Assembly: GCF_006345805.1 (NCBI RefSeq) | Contig: NC_043006.1 | Location: 28,768,001-28,832,000, forward strand | Direction: 5' to 3' | From: Octopus sinensis | Lineage: Eukaryota | Length of the DNA stretch: 64,000 bases | Part shown: piece by piece, positions 63,563 to 64,000 of the stretch | Numbering within the stretch: the stretch's first letter is position 1 | How the letters are laid out: every line of letters begins with the position of its first letter | Made by a program: the position numbers and the translations under genes | Notes under the pieces: model-generated | Seen by the model: the letters and a program-made list of their open reading frames with translations, nothing else | Databases searched by the model: none | Told to the model about the DNA's origin: nothing

Positions 63563-64000
63563 CAGCAACTTCTGTTGTGCTTACATAATTTTTGCAGACA
63601 GATAACATTGATACATTGATGTTCTCCTTGATGAAACCAAATGAAAACTCTTAAGATAAATGGGAAGAATTAAATTTATTGACTTATACACGGCAAGTTT
63701 CCGCAGTCTTCTGCTACATGGAAAAATTTAGTTGAAGTTTAGTGCCAGATTGGTTCTGATAAAGTGTTTCAATAATCAAAGATGTTCTAGCTGTGACGAT
63801 CCCATCTTCTATTCAGACCTAATATGTTTAAAACTCATTATTCACAGTGTTCTTGCTTTTTATTTTGGTTTTCAAAGGGCAGGGTTACTTTGAGAGAAAT
63901 TTTGCTACTATTTCCACCTGGTCGAGTGACAACGTAGATCACTCATTGACTCATGGAGGTTTCTAGCGACTCGGAAGGCAAAAAAAAAATAACAATAATC

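Overview
AT-rich, microsatellite-dense eukaryotic non-coding DNA, intergenic or deep-intronic. The three dominant tRNA-derived SINE families match repeats I recognise from Octopus (coleoid cephalopod) genomes, so the host assignment rests on pattern recognition, not a search. No intact host protein-coding gene is visible: most ORFs in the track are microsatellite translations and the rest are decayed transposase or RT fragments (Tigger/pogo, hAT, mariner, maT/DD37D-like, Chapaev3-like, R4/Dong-like, CR1-like, RTE-like, Helitron). The more interesting layer is structural. (1) Several small non-coding inserts carry minimal type I hammerhead ribozyme motifs; one looks intact (32472-32556, minus) and sits in a 577-bp unit with a terminal direct repeat (Penelope-LTR or retrozyme-like), and another pair lies in the two arms of a 470-bp palindrome. 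(2) At least four families of GG...CC foldback elements/MITEs, mostly with 8-bp TSDs (Merlin-like), two carrying TTAGGG-type repeats. (3) A telomere-like insertion whose empty site is also in the window. (4) A head-to-tail Helitron junction. (5) SINE multimers that reuse one junction at five loci. Coordinates were counted by hand and may be off by a few bases.
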